Positions 12,522 through 24,290 of a DNA stretch of 64,000 bases are shown here, piece by piece. The stretch is from assembly GCF_009914755.1 (NCBI RefSeq), contig NC_060932.1; one strand, 5' to 3'. The translations under genes and the position numbers were made by a program. Source of the stretch: the human T2T-CHM13v2.0 reference genome, Homo sapiens. Each line of letters starts with the position of its first letter. Position 1 is the stretch's first letter. The notes below the pieces were generated by a model. It worked only from the letters and a program-made list of their open reading frames with translations. It did not search any database and was not told the origin of the DNA.

Positions 12522-12829
12522 GGCTGGGCACGGTGGTGCATGTCTGTAATCCCAACACTTTCGGAGGCCAAGGTGGGCAGATCACCTGAGGTCAGGAGTT
12601 TGAGACCAGCCTGGCCAACATGGCAAAACCCCATGTCTACTAAAAGTACAAAAATTAGCCAGGCGTGGTGGCAGGCATCTGTAATCCCAGCTGCTTGGGA
12701 GGCTGAGGCAGGGGAATCACTTGAACCTGGGAGGTGGAGGTTTCAGTGAGCTGAGGTCATGCCCCTGCACTCGAGCCTGGGCAACAGAGCAAGACTCCGT
12801 CTCAAAAGAAAAAAAAAGAAGAAAAAAAA
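12522..12829 (+). mobile_element. Full-length Alu (AluS-like)
   Basis: ggctgggcacggtgg...cacctgaggtcaggagtttgagaccagcc...gactccgtctc plus A-rich tail. Confidence 0.97.
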
Positions 12830-13102
12830 TCAAGCATTTTGATCCCTGTATTATACTTGTCCAGCCTTTGGCTGTGGTGCACATGCATACATACGTGTAC
12901 ACACATGTGCACACATGCATACAAACAGGTACACACATGCGTACAAACAGGCAACTCTATTCTGCCAACCTGTGGGCTGTGTCTATCTTTAATCTGTGAA
13001 CTTGACTCCAGGCAGCCCTAAACTGGTTTTAGGATACAAAACTTTCACTTTTAATTATTTTCTTATGACTTTCTCTAGTGCGTCTTTCTGATTTAAGGGC
13101 TA

Positions 13103-13720
13103 ATTTTTTTTTCAACTTTTATTTTAGATCCGGGGGTACGTTGGCAAGTTTGTTACATGGATTTATTTCATGACACTGAAGTTTGAGGTGCAAATGATCC
13201 CATCACCCAGACACTGAGCACAGCACCCAATGGGCAGTGTTTCTTCCCCAGCCCCTTTTTCCCTCCCCCTCTAGTAGCCCTGGTGTCTGCTGTTCGCACC
13301 TTTATGTCCACGTGTGCCCTATGTTTAGCCTCCACTTATAAGTGAGAACACGTGGTGTCTGGCTTTCTGTTCCTGTGGTAATTCACTTGGGACTAAGGCC
13401 CCCACCTGCATCCGTGTTGCTGCAGAGGACGTGATTCCATTCTCTCTTACGGCTGCATAGAATTTCGTGGTGTATAGGTAGCACTGTCTCTTTATCTCAT
13501 CCACCTTTGATGGGCACCTGGGTTGCTTCCATGTTTTTGCTATTGCGAACCTTGTGAACCATGCTGCAGTGAACATACATGTGTCAGTGTCTTTTCGGTA
13601 GAATGATTTATTTTCCTTTGGGTATATACCCAGTCATGGGATTGCTGATTTAAGTTCTTTGAGAAATCTTCAAGCTGCTTTCCATAGTGGCTGAGCTAAT
13701 TTACAATCCCACAAACAGGG
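13103..13720 (-). mobile_element. Old primate L1 3' end (L1PA13-16/L1PB-like)
   Basis: Poly-T, then a 3'UTR-like segment; the minus-strand ORF MFTAAWF...IAKTWKQPRCPS resembles the L1 ORF2/3' region. Confidence 0.85.
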
Positions 13721-14564
13721 TAGAAACTCCTTGAGGGGTCATTTCATGACTAAAAGAATATTTTTTAACATAAATTGGGGGAGGGTGATGGGTGACAAAA
13801 CTGACTACCCCTGCCAATGGGAAGCAGGTGGAAAATGCAAAATTATTTGACAGACTTAAAGATGTTATTAGATGACAAAAACATAGAGGACCCTGCATAA
13901 TATCTGCTTGAGGTGCTAAAGAGACTTTTCAAAGTATTTTCAGTGCTCAGTTTGGACGTGAAACCCATCCTGTCCCCAGACGATGCCTGGTTACCAGCGT
14001 CAATACAGAGTGGCGACCAGATGATTCCAGCGTCCATACAGAGTGGCGACCAGCCCGGCCTGGCGGGGGATTGTAGGTTCCCGTCACGACGGCCATGGAA
14101 ACCAGCTTCCCGTGGTCAGCCCAGGTGTCCGCCTTCGTATTTCAGACGTGCCTGGTCACTTGAGGGAGGTTCAAACCTCTGCAGTGCAGCGATACTACAG
14201 TTTCTGAGGCAAATTAAACTTTTCCATAAATGTGTCTGATCCTCAGAACAGTCCATCAGGCGGAGAATCCGATTTTGCTGCTCCTGTTTCCTAAGTGAGG
14301 ACATGGAGTTCTAGCCCCGCTGAATGAACCACCCGAGGCCTGAACCAGAACCCCTCTGCCTCCACGGCCGCCCCTTCTTTGAAAACTTACCATGAAAACG
14401 AACAGTTTTTTGTCACCTCAACATAGAAATGTCAACGTGGAAACTCTGTTTCTATGTTGACATTTCAATCCAAAGTGTCTATCAGGTCGCTTAATAAGTA
14501 AAACAAGGAATCAAAAACCAGGTAGTAAGAAAAGGAATCGGACGTGTTGGCTGCTTAAGAGGAG

Positions 14565-14904
14565 AGCCTGGGGGCGGAATGTGGCTCGCGAGCACCCGTG
14601 CCGGCCTCCTTTTCTGTCTCTCCTCAGACATTTGTTGCAAAGCGTGAGCATAATCCGTTCTCTCCCTAAAACCTGTTCGTGTGAAAGCTTCTCAGACTTG
14701 CAAAGAATGCGCTTTTGTTCCCGGAAACAGATTTGCTTCGTGAGGAGGCCCAGCTCAGTGCGGCTGTGGCTTTGAGACTCAGAGTCCAGGGCTCGGGGGT
14801 CCCCGTCACTCCTCCGAGCAGCCGTCAGCGGTCCCGCCCCACACTGTCCCCGGCGGGTTCAGCAGGAGAAAGGGCGGGGGTGGGGGGATGGGGGGGTGGG
14901 GGGG
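14565..14904. promoter_or_regulatory. CpG-rich segment with GC boxes and a G-quadruplex motif
   Basis: ggggcgg at about 14571, palindrome gctcgcgagc at about 14584, cccgcccc at about 14833, and five G-runs at 14872-14904. Confidence 0.45.
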
Positions 14905-16483
14905 AGACCCCCGTTCATTTAGCGTCTGAGGGTGGGAAGACCGTCTGAGGCGGGGGAGACCCCCGTTCATTTAGCGTCTGAGGGTGGGGAGACCGTCTGA
15001 GGCGGGGGAGACCCCCGTTCATTTAGCGTCTGAGGGTGGGGAGACCGTCTGAGGCGGGGGAGACCCCCGTTCATTTAGCGTCTGAGGCGGGGGAGACCGT
15101 CTGAGGCGGGGGAGACCCCCGTTCATTTAGCGTCTGAGGCGGGGGAGACCGTCTGAGGCGGGGGAGACCCCCGTTCATTTAGCGTCTGAGGGTGGGGAGA
15201 CCGTCTGAGGCGGGGGAGACCCCCGTTCATTTAGCGTCTGAGGGTGGGGAGACCGTCTGAGGCGGGGGAGACCCCCGTTCATTTAGCGTCTGAGGCGGGG
15301 GAGACCGTCTGAGGCGGGGGAGACCCCCGTTCATTTAGCGTCTGAGGCGGGGGAGACCGTCTGAGGCGGGGGAGACCCCCGTTCATTTAGCGTCTGAGGC
15401 GGGGGAGACCGTCTGAGGCGGGGGAGACCCCCGTTCATTTAGCGTCTGAGGCGGGGGAGACCGTCTGAGGCGGGGGAGACCCCCGTTCATTTAGCGTCTG
15501 AGGCGGGGGAGACCGTCTGAGGCGGGGGAGACCCCCGTTCATTTAGCGTCTGAGGGTGGGGAGACCGTCTGAGGCGGGGGAGACCCCCGTTCATTCATTT
15601 AGCGTCTGAGGCGGGGGAGACCATCTGAGGCGGGGGAGACCCCCGTTCATTTAGCGTCTGAGGCGGGGGAGACCGTCTGAGGCGGGGGAGACCCCCGTTC
15701 ATTTAGCGTCTGAGGGTGGGGAGACCGTCTGAGGCGGGGGAGACCCCCGTTCATTTAGCGTCTGAGGCGGGGGAGACCGTCTGAGGCGGGGGAGACCCCC
15801 GTTCATTTAGCGTCTGAGGCGGGGGAGACCGTCTGAGGCGGGGGAGACCCCCGTTCATTTAGCGTCTGAGGGTGGGGAGACCGTCTGAGGCAGGGGAGAC
15901 CCCCGTTCATTCATTTAGCGTCTGAGGCGGGGGAGACCCCCGTTCATTTAGCGTCTGAGGCGGGGGAGACCGTCTGAGGCGGGGGAGACCCCCATTCATT
16001 TAGCGTCTGAGGCGGGGGAGACCGTCTGAGGCGGGGGAGACCCCCGTTCATTTAGCGTCTGAGGCGGGGGAGACCGTCTGAGGCGGGGGAGACCCCCGTT
16101 CATTTAGCGTCTGAGGCGGGGGAGACCGTCTGAGGCGGGGGAGACCCCCGTTCATTCATTTAGCGTCTGAGGCGGGGGAGACCGTCTGAGGCAGGGGAGA
16201 CCCCCGTTCATTCATTTAGCGTCTGAGGCGGGGAGACCCCTGTTCATTTAGCGTCTGAGGCGGGGGAGACCGTCTGAGGCGGGGGAGACCCCCGTTCATT
16301 CATTTAGCGTCTGAGGCGGGGGAGACCGTCTGAGGCGGAGGAGACCCCCGTTCATTTAGCGTCTGAGGCGGGGGAGACTCTGAGTGAGGGGAGACCAGCG
16401 TCCGTTTGGCGTCTGAGGTGGGGAGACCGGCATTCATTTAGCGTCTGAGGCGGGAGGAGAGACCGGCGTTCATTTAGCGTCTG
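14898..16483. repeat. CpG/G-rich VNTR, 52-bp compound unit (33+19 bp), about 30 copies
   Basis: gggggagacccccgttcatttagcgtctgaggc followed by gggggagaccgtctgaggc; period 52 (14951 to 15003). Confidence 0.98.
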
Positions 16484-16809
16484 CGGGGTGCCCAGGTTCG
16501 ACAGCATCTCACCGCATGTTCATAGAAGCCCTTGAAGCTAGCAGCACTGTCACTGCTTTTATCCTGATCAGGACACGGAGCCTCTGATTGTTGAAGCAAA
16601 CCTTGTTTTTCTCTGACTTCAGCTCTTTGTGTTCTCTTACTGTGAAGGTTAATGTGGTAACAGTTTCCACGGGGCTCACCAGGGCAGGCATAGTACATAG
16701 CACAGGTGTGAATGCAATGGGGATCCGAAGCCCAGAACAGGGGAGGAGAGGAGAAAATGCGGACAGATAAATAGGAGGCTCAGAAGGACTTCACTGCGTG
16801 GCCGCCTCC

Positions 16810-17089
16810 AGTGGGGCACAGGGGGCCACACTCCTGCCTCGCTCAGCGAGGCTCCAGGGGGGCACGGGGAGCCCCACTCCTGCCTCACTCAGCGAGGCTC
16901 CAGGGGGCCACGGGGAGCCCCACTCCTGCCTCACTCAGCGAGGCTCCAGGGGGGCACGGGGAGCCCCACTCCTGCCTCACTCAGCGAGGCTCCAGGGGGG
17001 CACGGGGAGGCCACACTCCTGCCTCACTCAGCGAGGCTCCAGGGGGGCACGGGGAGCCCCACTCCTGCCTCACTCAGCGAGGCTCCAGG
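16810..17089. repeat. Minisatellite, 46-bp unit x6
   Basis: ctcctgcctcactcagcgaggctccaggggggcacggggagcccca at 16831, 16877, 16923 and onward. Confidence 0.95.
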
Positions 17090-18019
17090 CACAGAAGCCC
17101 ACGGAGACCTATGAACGGACCAGAGGGTCCTGGAATGATTTCAGAGAAAGTGATCAATGTCTCCACAAATGCAGCTAATGCATTTGAAGAATTCGATTAT
17201 TACCTCATCTTTATTGGCGGGAATTCAGAGTTCACAACACAAAAGTGCAGTTCCAGGAGCCTTTTGCTCTGATAAAATATTACATTTTCAAAATAGCTAC
17301 CACTGACATTCGTCTGTCGTGAAAAAAAAAGAATTAAATATCTGAAATCAGCACGTTTGGAGAATGGGCTCTACAGTCCCGTTCTGGACAGTGGAAGTGG
17401 GGGATTAGATGCCTGCAAGAATATTGTTATCTCATTAGCAAAAATAAATGTAACTCCTGTCCCTCCACCAAATAAAAGATCTCCAGCCATACAGTGTGGC
17501 CTCATGCACAGCATTCTCCTTCCGAACCATTTTCAAAGACCTTGATCTTGGGTGGCCCAAAGAATGATGATGTAACTGTCTCTACTACTGAACATTTAAG
17601 ACATGGATATTGTATGTGTAATAACTAAGTCATTTATTAAATAGTATGGTCTAAAAATTAAACAGCTTCACTTTAGATGGCCTCAAACATGAAAATATTC
17701 AACTTTAGATATTTATATTCAGTATCCTCAGGTCATTAAAAAAGTATAGCTAATTAATGGATTTAATTCTGGCATGTTTTTAAAAAGATGATTATTTCTG
17801 TAGTCGCTTAGCCTGAAATTATAGCCATCGTTAACTTCTTTCTCTCTTTTAACCCCAAACCCACGATTTATGTCTCTACTTTCACAGTCAAAATGGAAGC
17901 TTCACCTGGCTGCCAGTGCTCTCTCTGCATTCACACGACACTCCACTCCGACGCCAAATAAAAGGGAGAAAAGTGTTTCCTTCTCGACACCAAATGCAAG
18001 AAAAATTCCATTTTTTTTT

Positions 18020-18472
18020 CTTTGCTACACTCACGCCAATACTTCTGGCCACCAAATGTGTGTATATTTTCCCATGCACCGTTTCTCCCACTACCAGGGC
18101 ACCAACTGGGCGTCCTCTAATTCATTGCTGTCCTGACCCTGACCACCTGCACTTCCCTCAGACCCTGCAGGTTAAGGACGCAGCCCCGCAAGACCAGGGC
18201 CAATCCCAAGTCTGGCTTCTGGCCCGCTGGCTAGAGATCATGGGTTCCCATGGCTCTACCTCCAGTTCAGTGATTTGCTTGAATGGCTCACAGAACTCGG
18301 GGAAACACTTTACTTGTGTTTACCCACACTATGTAAATGCTCCCACTCAGGCACAGCCGAACGAAGGGGCACATGGGGCGAGGCAGAGGCCAGGGCCATG
18401 TGGACTCTCCGTGCCCTCTCTGGGCACCGCCTCCCTGTGTTCAGCCCTCTGCAAGCACTCCAAAACCCTTGG
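18020..18472 (-). mobile_element. MER21-family LTR, left piece
   Basis: acttctggccaccaaatgtg...caccaactgggcgtcc...ggctcacagaactcggggaaacactttactt matches MER21 as I recall it. Confidence 0.75.
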
Positions 18473-18672
18473 TAGGTTTTGTTTTTCCATTTTAAATTTG
18501 TTATTTTTAGTTGACTCATAATAATTGTACATGTTTGTGGGATACTGTGTTACACTCTGATGCGTGTGTGTGTGTGTGTGTGTGTAGGTTTTGTTTTCCT
18601 TTTATAAATGGTTATTTTTGGTTGACTCACAGTAATTGTACATATTTGTGGGATACTATGTTACACTCTGAT

Positions 18673-18706
<34 letters not shown>

Positions 18707-19240
18707 GTTTTGTTTTCCTTTTATAAATGGTTATTTTTGGTTGACTGATAATAATTGTACATATCTGTGGATCTTGTGTTACATGTTGATACGTGTACAT
18801 AATGTATAAGGTGAGGTGTATGAACACATGCTCCAGCATCCAGCATCGCATCACTAATCCCCAGGGAAGTGCAAATCAAAACCATACTGAGATACTGTCT
18901 CACTCCAGTTAGAATGGCGGTTACCAGAAAGACCAAAAGTAACAGTTCTAGCAAGGATGTGGAGAAGGGAATTCTTATAATGTTGGTGAGAATATAAATT
19001 AGTCTAGCCACTAAGGAAAACAGCATGGAGGTTCCTCAAAAAACTAAGCCACCATACGAGCCAGCAATCCCACTACTGGGTGTACAGCCAAAAGAAATGG
19101 TATCAGAGCTGCACCATTCACAATAGCCAGGAGATGGAATCGACCTGAGTGTCCATCAACAGAAGAATGGAGAAAGAACATGAGAAATGGGGTAGGTAGA
19201 CACAGTGGACTACAGTTCAGCTGTAAAAAGAATGAAATCC
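18473..19240 (-). mobile_element. Old L1 (L1MA-like) insertion with an inverted 5' part and a triplicated 3' end carrying (TG)n
   Basis: Minus-strand L1 terminus (ttgactcataataattgtacat) three times at 18473-18810, then plus-strand ORF2-end sequence (gcaaatcaaaacca...ctcactccagttagaatgg) to 19240. Confidence 0.75.
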
Positions 19241-19580
19241 TTAGGGTTTTTTATGTAGACTTTGTTACATAAGCACAGTGAATTAAGTCACTGGCCATCC
19301 CTGATCCAGCTAACCTTCAGTCCCTTTTCCCTTCCTGGAGGTCTGGGGTCGGGAGGGGCTGGAAGTTCCAATCCTCTAATCACAAGGCTAGTTCCCTGAG
19401 GACTGCCTTATCCTGAGGCTCTCCAGGGTCCAGCTTGAGTCTCTGCATCAGCGTAAACTCAGGTGTGGTTGAAGGGCTGGCTGGGAATGACTAAGGACTG
19501 TCCTTTCAACCTTTATTGCCCTTATTACTTAGGAAACCATGGGGTTTTAGGAGCTCTGAGCAAGAAGTCGCTCTATCACA
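19241..19580 (-). mobile_element. MER21-family LTR, right piece
   Basis: tagggtttttta...aagttccaatcctctaatcac...taaactcaggtgtggttgaa...ggttttaggagctctg continues the left piece. Confidence 0.75.
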
Positions 19581-20912
19581 ACAGTGTTCAGATAAATACA
19601 CGTAAATGAAGCCTATTTCTGGCCACCTCACTTCTGCGATTCTCTCTTCCACTCTACGCTGGTGTCCCAGGTCATCTCAGCACTTTGAGTTTTTTCTAAT
19701 TCCAATTCATCCTATAGCAAATTTCCTAAACTACAACTCTATGCATGTCACTATCCTACTAAAGCATGTTTAAGCTATCCACAGTATACCTGAATATATT
19801 TAAAAATATGATCTTCTATGTTGAGCATCAATGTCAAAGCCTGTGGGTCAAGGTTTCACACTGTCAGGACCCAATTTGTGCCTCCGACTGCATTCCCTCT
19901 CGCCAAAATGCCCTCCACTCCAACCCAGTAAAGCCACTGCTGTTTCCCAAATCTATCACATAACTCAGCTCCCTGGCTCGGTGGTAATCTTGTTAACTTG
20001 GCCCTCCCACAGTGACCTTGATTAAAATCCCATAATCATCCAGATTTAGACCTATTGGTGCCATTTCAGAGGTGCTTCCCCGTCTGCGCAGTCCTGTTTG
20101 GTGTCTTCGTTGCCTGGGCTGCAGGTGTGGCAAGGGTCTTTCTTTCTTGCATTTTAATCATTCGATTGGCTGTTTTGAGGCTGTACTGAATGTTGCTTCC
20201 CAAAGAGCGGGGTCCTCTCTCATGGGCTGTAGCTCCTCTCAGGAGGATGCAAGTTGTGTTATAGACTTCCCAACTCAGAATAATACACTGGAGAAAATTT
20301 CAATCTCTCCAACAAGTCACTAGTAGAAAATAGTAAAATAACTTATCCAAAGTATGTTTTTCAGACCTTTGAATTTTGTGGTTCATAATAAACAGGAAGC
20401 CGAGCTCATTTTTCCTGGAACATAGCTCTAACATCTGAGTGTTTCATGTTGTGTGTGTGAGAGCTGCTGTAATCTGTGAACACAGCCTGTCCTTTGCTCT
20501 TCTTTGATTTTTCTATCCAGTGCTTTTTGAACTGAAAAGCTTGTGTATAGGCCTTGCATACATTAGAATCTTCCAGCTGTGTTTGAGTGAAGTTGTGACT
20601 GCAGTTCATCAATCAACATCCCATTCTGAGGCTCTCAGAATAATAACACCCACACAAGAGACATGGAATTAATATACAGGCCAACACAATCTGAAAATAC
20701 ATAGAATCACTTTCATGCTACGTACTCAGCCTTTCTATAATACCACAGTATTCCATGGGGTGGGGGGAATTTAGTTATTTCATTAAAGTTATGAATATTA
20801 TGAAAGTTATATTTTCATATATTGAAGAGAGTAACGATTGCAAAAGATGAAAATAGAGATTAGTGATGATCAAGAAGCAAGCACATATGTTTGGCTATAA
20901 CAAAATTCATAA

Positions 20913-21420
<508 letters not shown>

Positions 21421-21444
21421 CTAGGAGAGAAAGACACAGACCCT

Positions 21445-21790
21445 CCTGAAGGGTATTTTTTTAGGAGTTATGGAATATGGAAAAGATACCAGAAGACCAG
21501 GGATAGAAAAATGTCATTCTAGTTTTCACAATAGGGAAGAAGTGCATTCCAGCAATTAATTATGTACCTGTGAAATTTCCGTCCACTGCAAGCGAAGTTA
21601 CACAACTCAAGTCTTAATGACACGCTTGTGTATATGTAGGGAGAAAAGCGAAGATGGCCGTGACTGAGCGAGGATCACTAAGAGCAAGTGATGCCAGGGA
21701 AACCTCTCCTGTCTTTAGAGACTTAATGTAAATCTGCGTCTTGATCCCATGAAGGCAGAAGAGTGTTTGGAAAAGGCTTTCTTTGACATT
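21445..21790 (+). mobile_element. L3/CR1 LINE RT fossil
   Basis: ataccagaagaccagg...aaatgtcattctagttttcacaatagggaagaag (PEDW-ANV-PIFKKGKK-like) and ggatcactaagagcaagtgatgccag (GFTK-KSCQ-like). Confidence 0.6.
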
Positions 21791-23671
21791 AAAAAAAAAA
21801 AGAAAAGGTGTGGGTGGAACAGACAGGGTGGATGCATCTTGAGAAGCCGACTCACGGTTATCAGCAAAGGCTGGAGGGCACGGCTGGTGTGTGTTCCCTG
21901 CCCACCAGGGGGTGGTACACAGCAGGTGCTCGTTAAGTGCTCAGGGAACTCAACATGCTGAGACCAGCCAGGATTGGGGGTGGGGGAATGTGTCCTTTCG
22001 TTAGCAGGGGAAAGGCTGAGGGCATGGGAGTGTTTCATCCACAAGCAGTCTTCAAATGTGAGAGCTGCTCAGGGCAGAGTTGGATGCTGTGCTGTTCCAG
22101 AATCAAGCGGTGTGAGGCCTGAGGAAGCTCCAGCTCCTTCCTCACTTCACCCTAGGCCAACTCTGTCCAGGGGGCCCCTTAGCCTGGGGAGGGGATCCGT
22201 GCAGGTGGCCTGGTATATGTGACTGTGGCTACATCTTGAGCACATCAGGATACATGGTGCTCATCATAGTGACATCAAAACAAAGGTGAAAATGTTCAGA
22301 CTGCCACAACAGTGTAGACAAGTGGAAATCTTTTAGGGGAAATAATATGTTTTTAAAATAATGAATGAACCACAACAGCTAAAGCCTAGGTGGCAAGTTA
22401 ATATAATATAGTTTTGAATTCAACCAGCAGAGATTGAGTTTTTTTAATGTAAACACAGGTGTGTAGAGCTCAGAACTCTACTTAGTCACAGCTCTTATCA
22501 CTCCCTGACCCCAGGCCTGCTCAGTCCATGGGACAGACAGGTTCCCCCAGGCACCCGGGCAGCTCAGGTGGAGGCAGATCCCAGGACCACCCCAGGTTCT
22601 GTCTCTGGGAGGGGTCTGGACTGGAGTTTGCATTTCCCACCACATCCCATAGCCCACTTTGTGCTCCGCGAGGTCTGATGACCACTGCCCTGCCATCTCC
22701 ATACCGCTCCATGCACTTCTGGCACCAGCTTGTCAAGGCATCAGCGCTTTCAGGCCTAGGCTTAATACTCCTGAAGTGTTGACTGTGAGTGGCTTTGAAA
22801 AGCACGACTTCCAGGATGAGGGAACACGATGTTGGGAGCAGAGGCTGCTGGGACCTGCTGCTCCCTTATTGAACTCTTGGAGGAATTGCTCTGTGCGTTG
22901 AGAGCCTGGCATGTGTAGCTGCTAACACCATTGACAGAGTGTGCAAGAGCACTCCAAGGGAGAGAGGCGGGTGGGGAAGACAGCCAGGGCTAGTGGCAGG
23001 AGCAACGGGCCCATGCACTTGCAAGCTTCTAGTTGTTACAGGAGAAATTCGAGCAGGTTAATCCCTCTTTCAAATGACACTTGCACGTCTACAGCCATTC
23101 CCTGCATGGAAACATCAAGAAAGCAAAAATATCCCACGTTCAGAAGAACCCAAATGAGGAAGCAGTGCTGAAAAATAGATGTACTCTTGTGATCAACTCA
23201 CATGACTGGAATGAATTCTGCAAAAATAGCAGCCGGATTATTCAAAGCTCGTATCAGGCAGCCAGTTGGATGGAGGTTCTCCTCCTGTGTGAGATACTCT
23301 CCCATGGCACTCAGAGGACACCAGCATGAAGGTCCTTGTGAACTAAAGCGGGCTCCACATGGGTGAAGGAACACAGAATGAGCCTGCAGCTATTTCTCTC
23401 TTTCACGCAAGTTGAGAGACCTCTAGAAATTCAGCTAGTCTTAAGCTGATGGTTTGGCATAGGTAAGAAAGTCACAGCAAAAGGGGGTCCCTTCTGTAGT
23501 CTGCATCTAACTCTTCAATCTAAAGACAACAGAGACTTATTAAGACGTGCGTATCAAGGGCCCACTATGAGCCAAGCCCCTTGTTACACATTTTTCTCAT
23601 TTTTCTTTGGCCAGAGCATACTGATATTGGCATATGGGGTGGTTGTGATTTCCAAATGAAATAATAAAATG

Positions 23672-24290
23672 AAAATGTTCAATTGTGTATAGCTGCCCAA
23701 TGGAATGTTACCCTGTCATAGAAAGGAAGGAAATTCTACACATCCTACGACTTGGGTGAACCCTGAGGACACTATGCTGAGTGAAATAAGCCATCACAAA
23801 AGGACAAGGACGGTGTGATTACCCTAACATGTGGCACTTGGAGGAGTCAGATGCACAGACAGAAGGCCGGATAGGACAAGGATGGTGTGATCCCCTTACA
23901 CACAGCACCTGGAGGAGTCAGATGCACAGACAGAAGGCCGGATAGGACAAGGATGGTGTGATCCCCTTACACGCAGCACCTGGAGAAGTCAGATGCACAG
24001 ACAGAAGGCCGAATAGGACAAGGACAGTATGATCCCCTTATACGCAGCACCTGGAGGAGTTGGATACACAGACAGGTCAGAGGGAGGCTGCCAGCAGCTG
24101 GGGAGGGAGAATGAGGAGGGCTGTTTAATGGGGCAGAGCTTCAGTTTGGGAAGATCGAGAAGTTCTGGAGATATTGGCAGTGATGGCTGCACAACAATGA
24201 GAAAGTGCTTAATGCCACTGAAATAGACAAAAATGCCCATGATGGTGAATCTTATGTGTAGCTGATCTCAATTTAAACATTTAAAAAATT
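23672..24290 (+). mobile_element. L1MB-like 3' end containing a 71-bp tandem repeat x4
   Basis: caatggaatgtta...ctatgctgagtgaaataagcca...ttctggagat; repeat units begin at 23801, 23873, 23944 and 24015. Confidence 0.8.
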
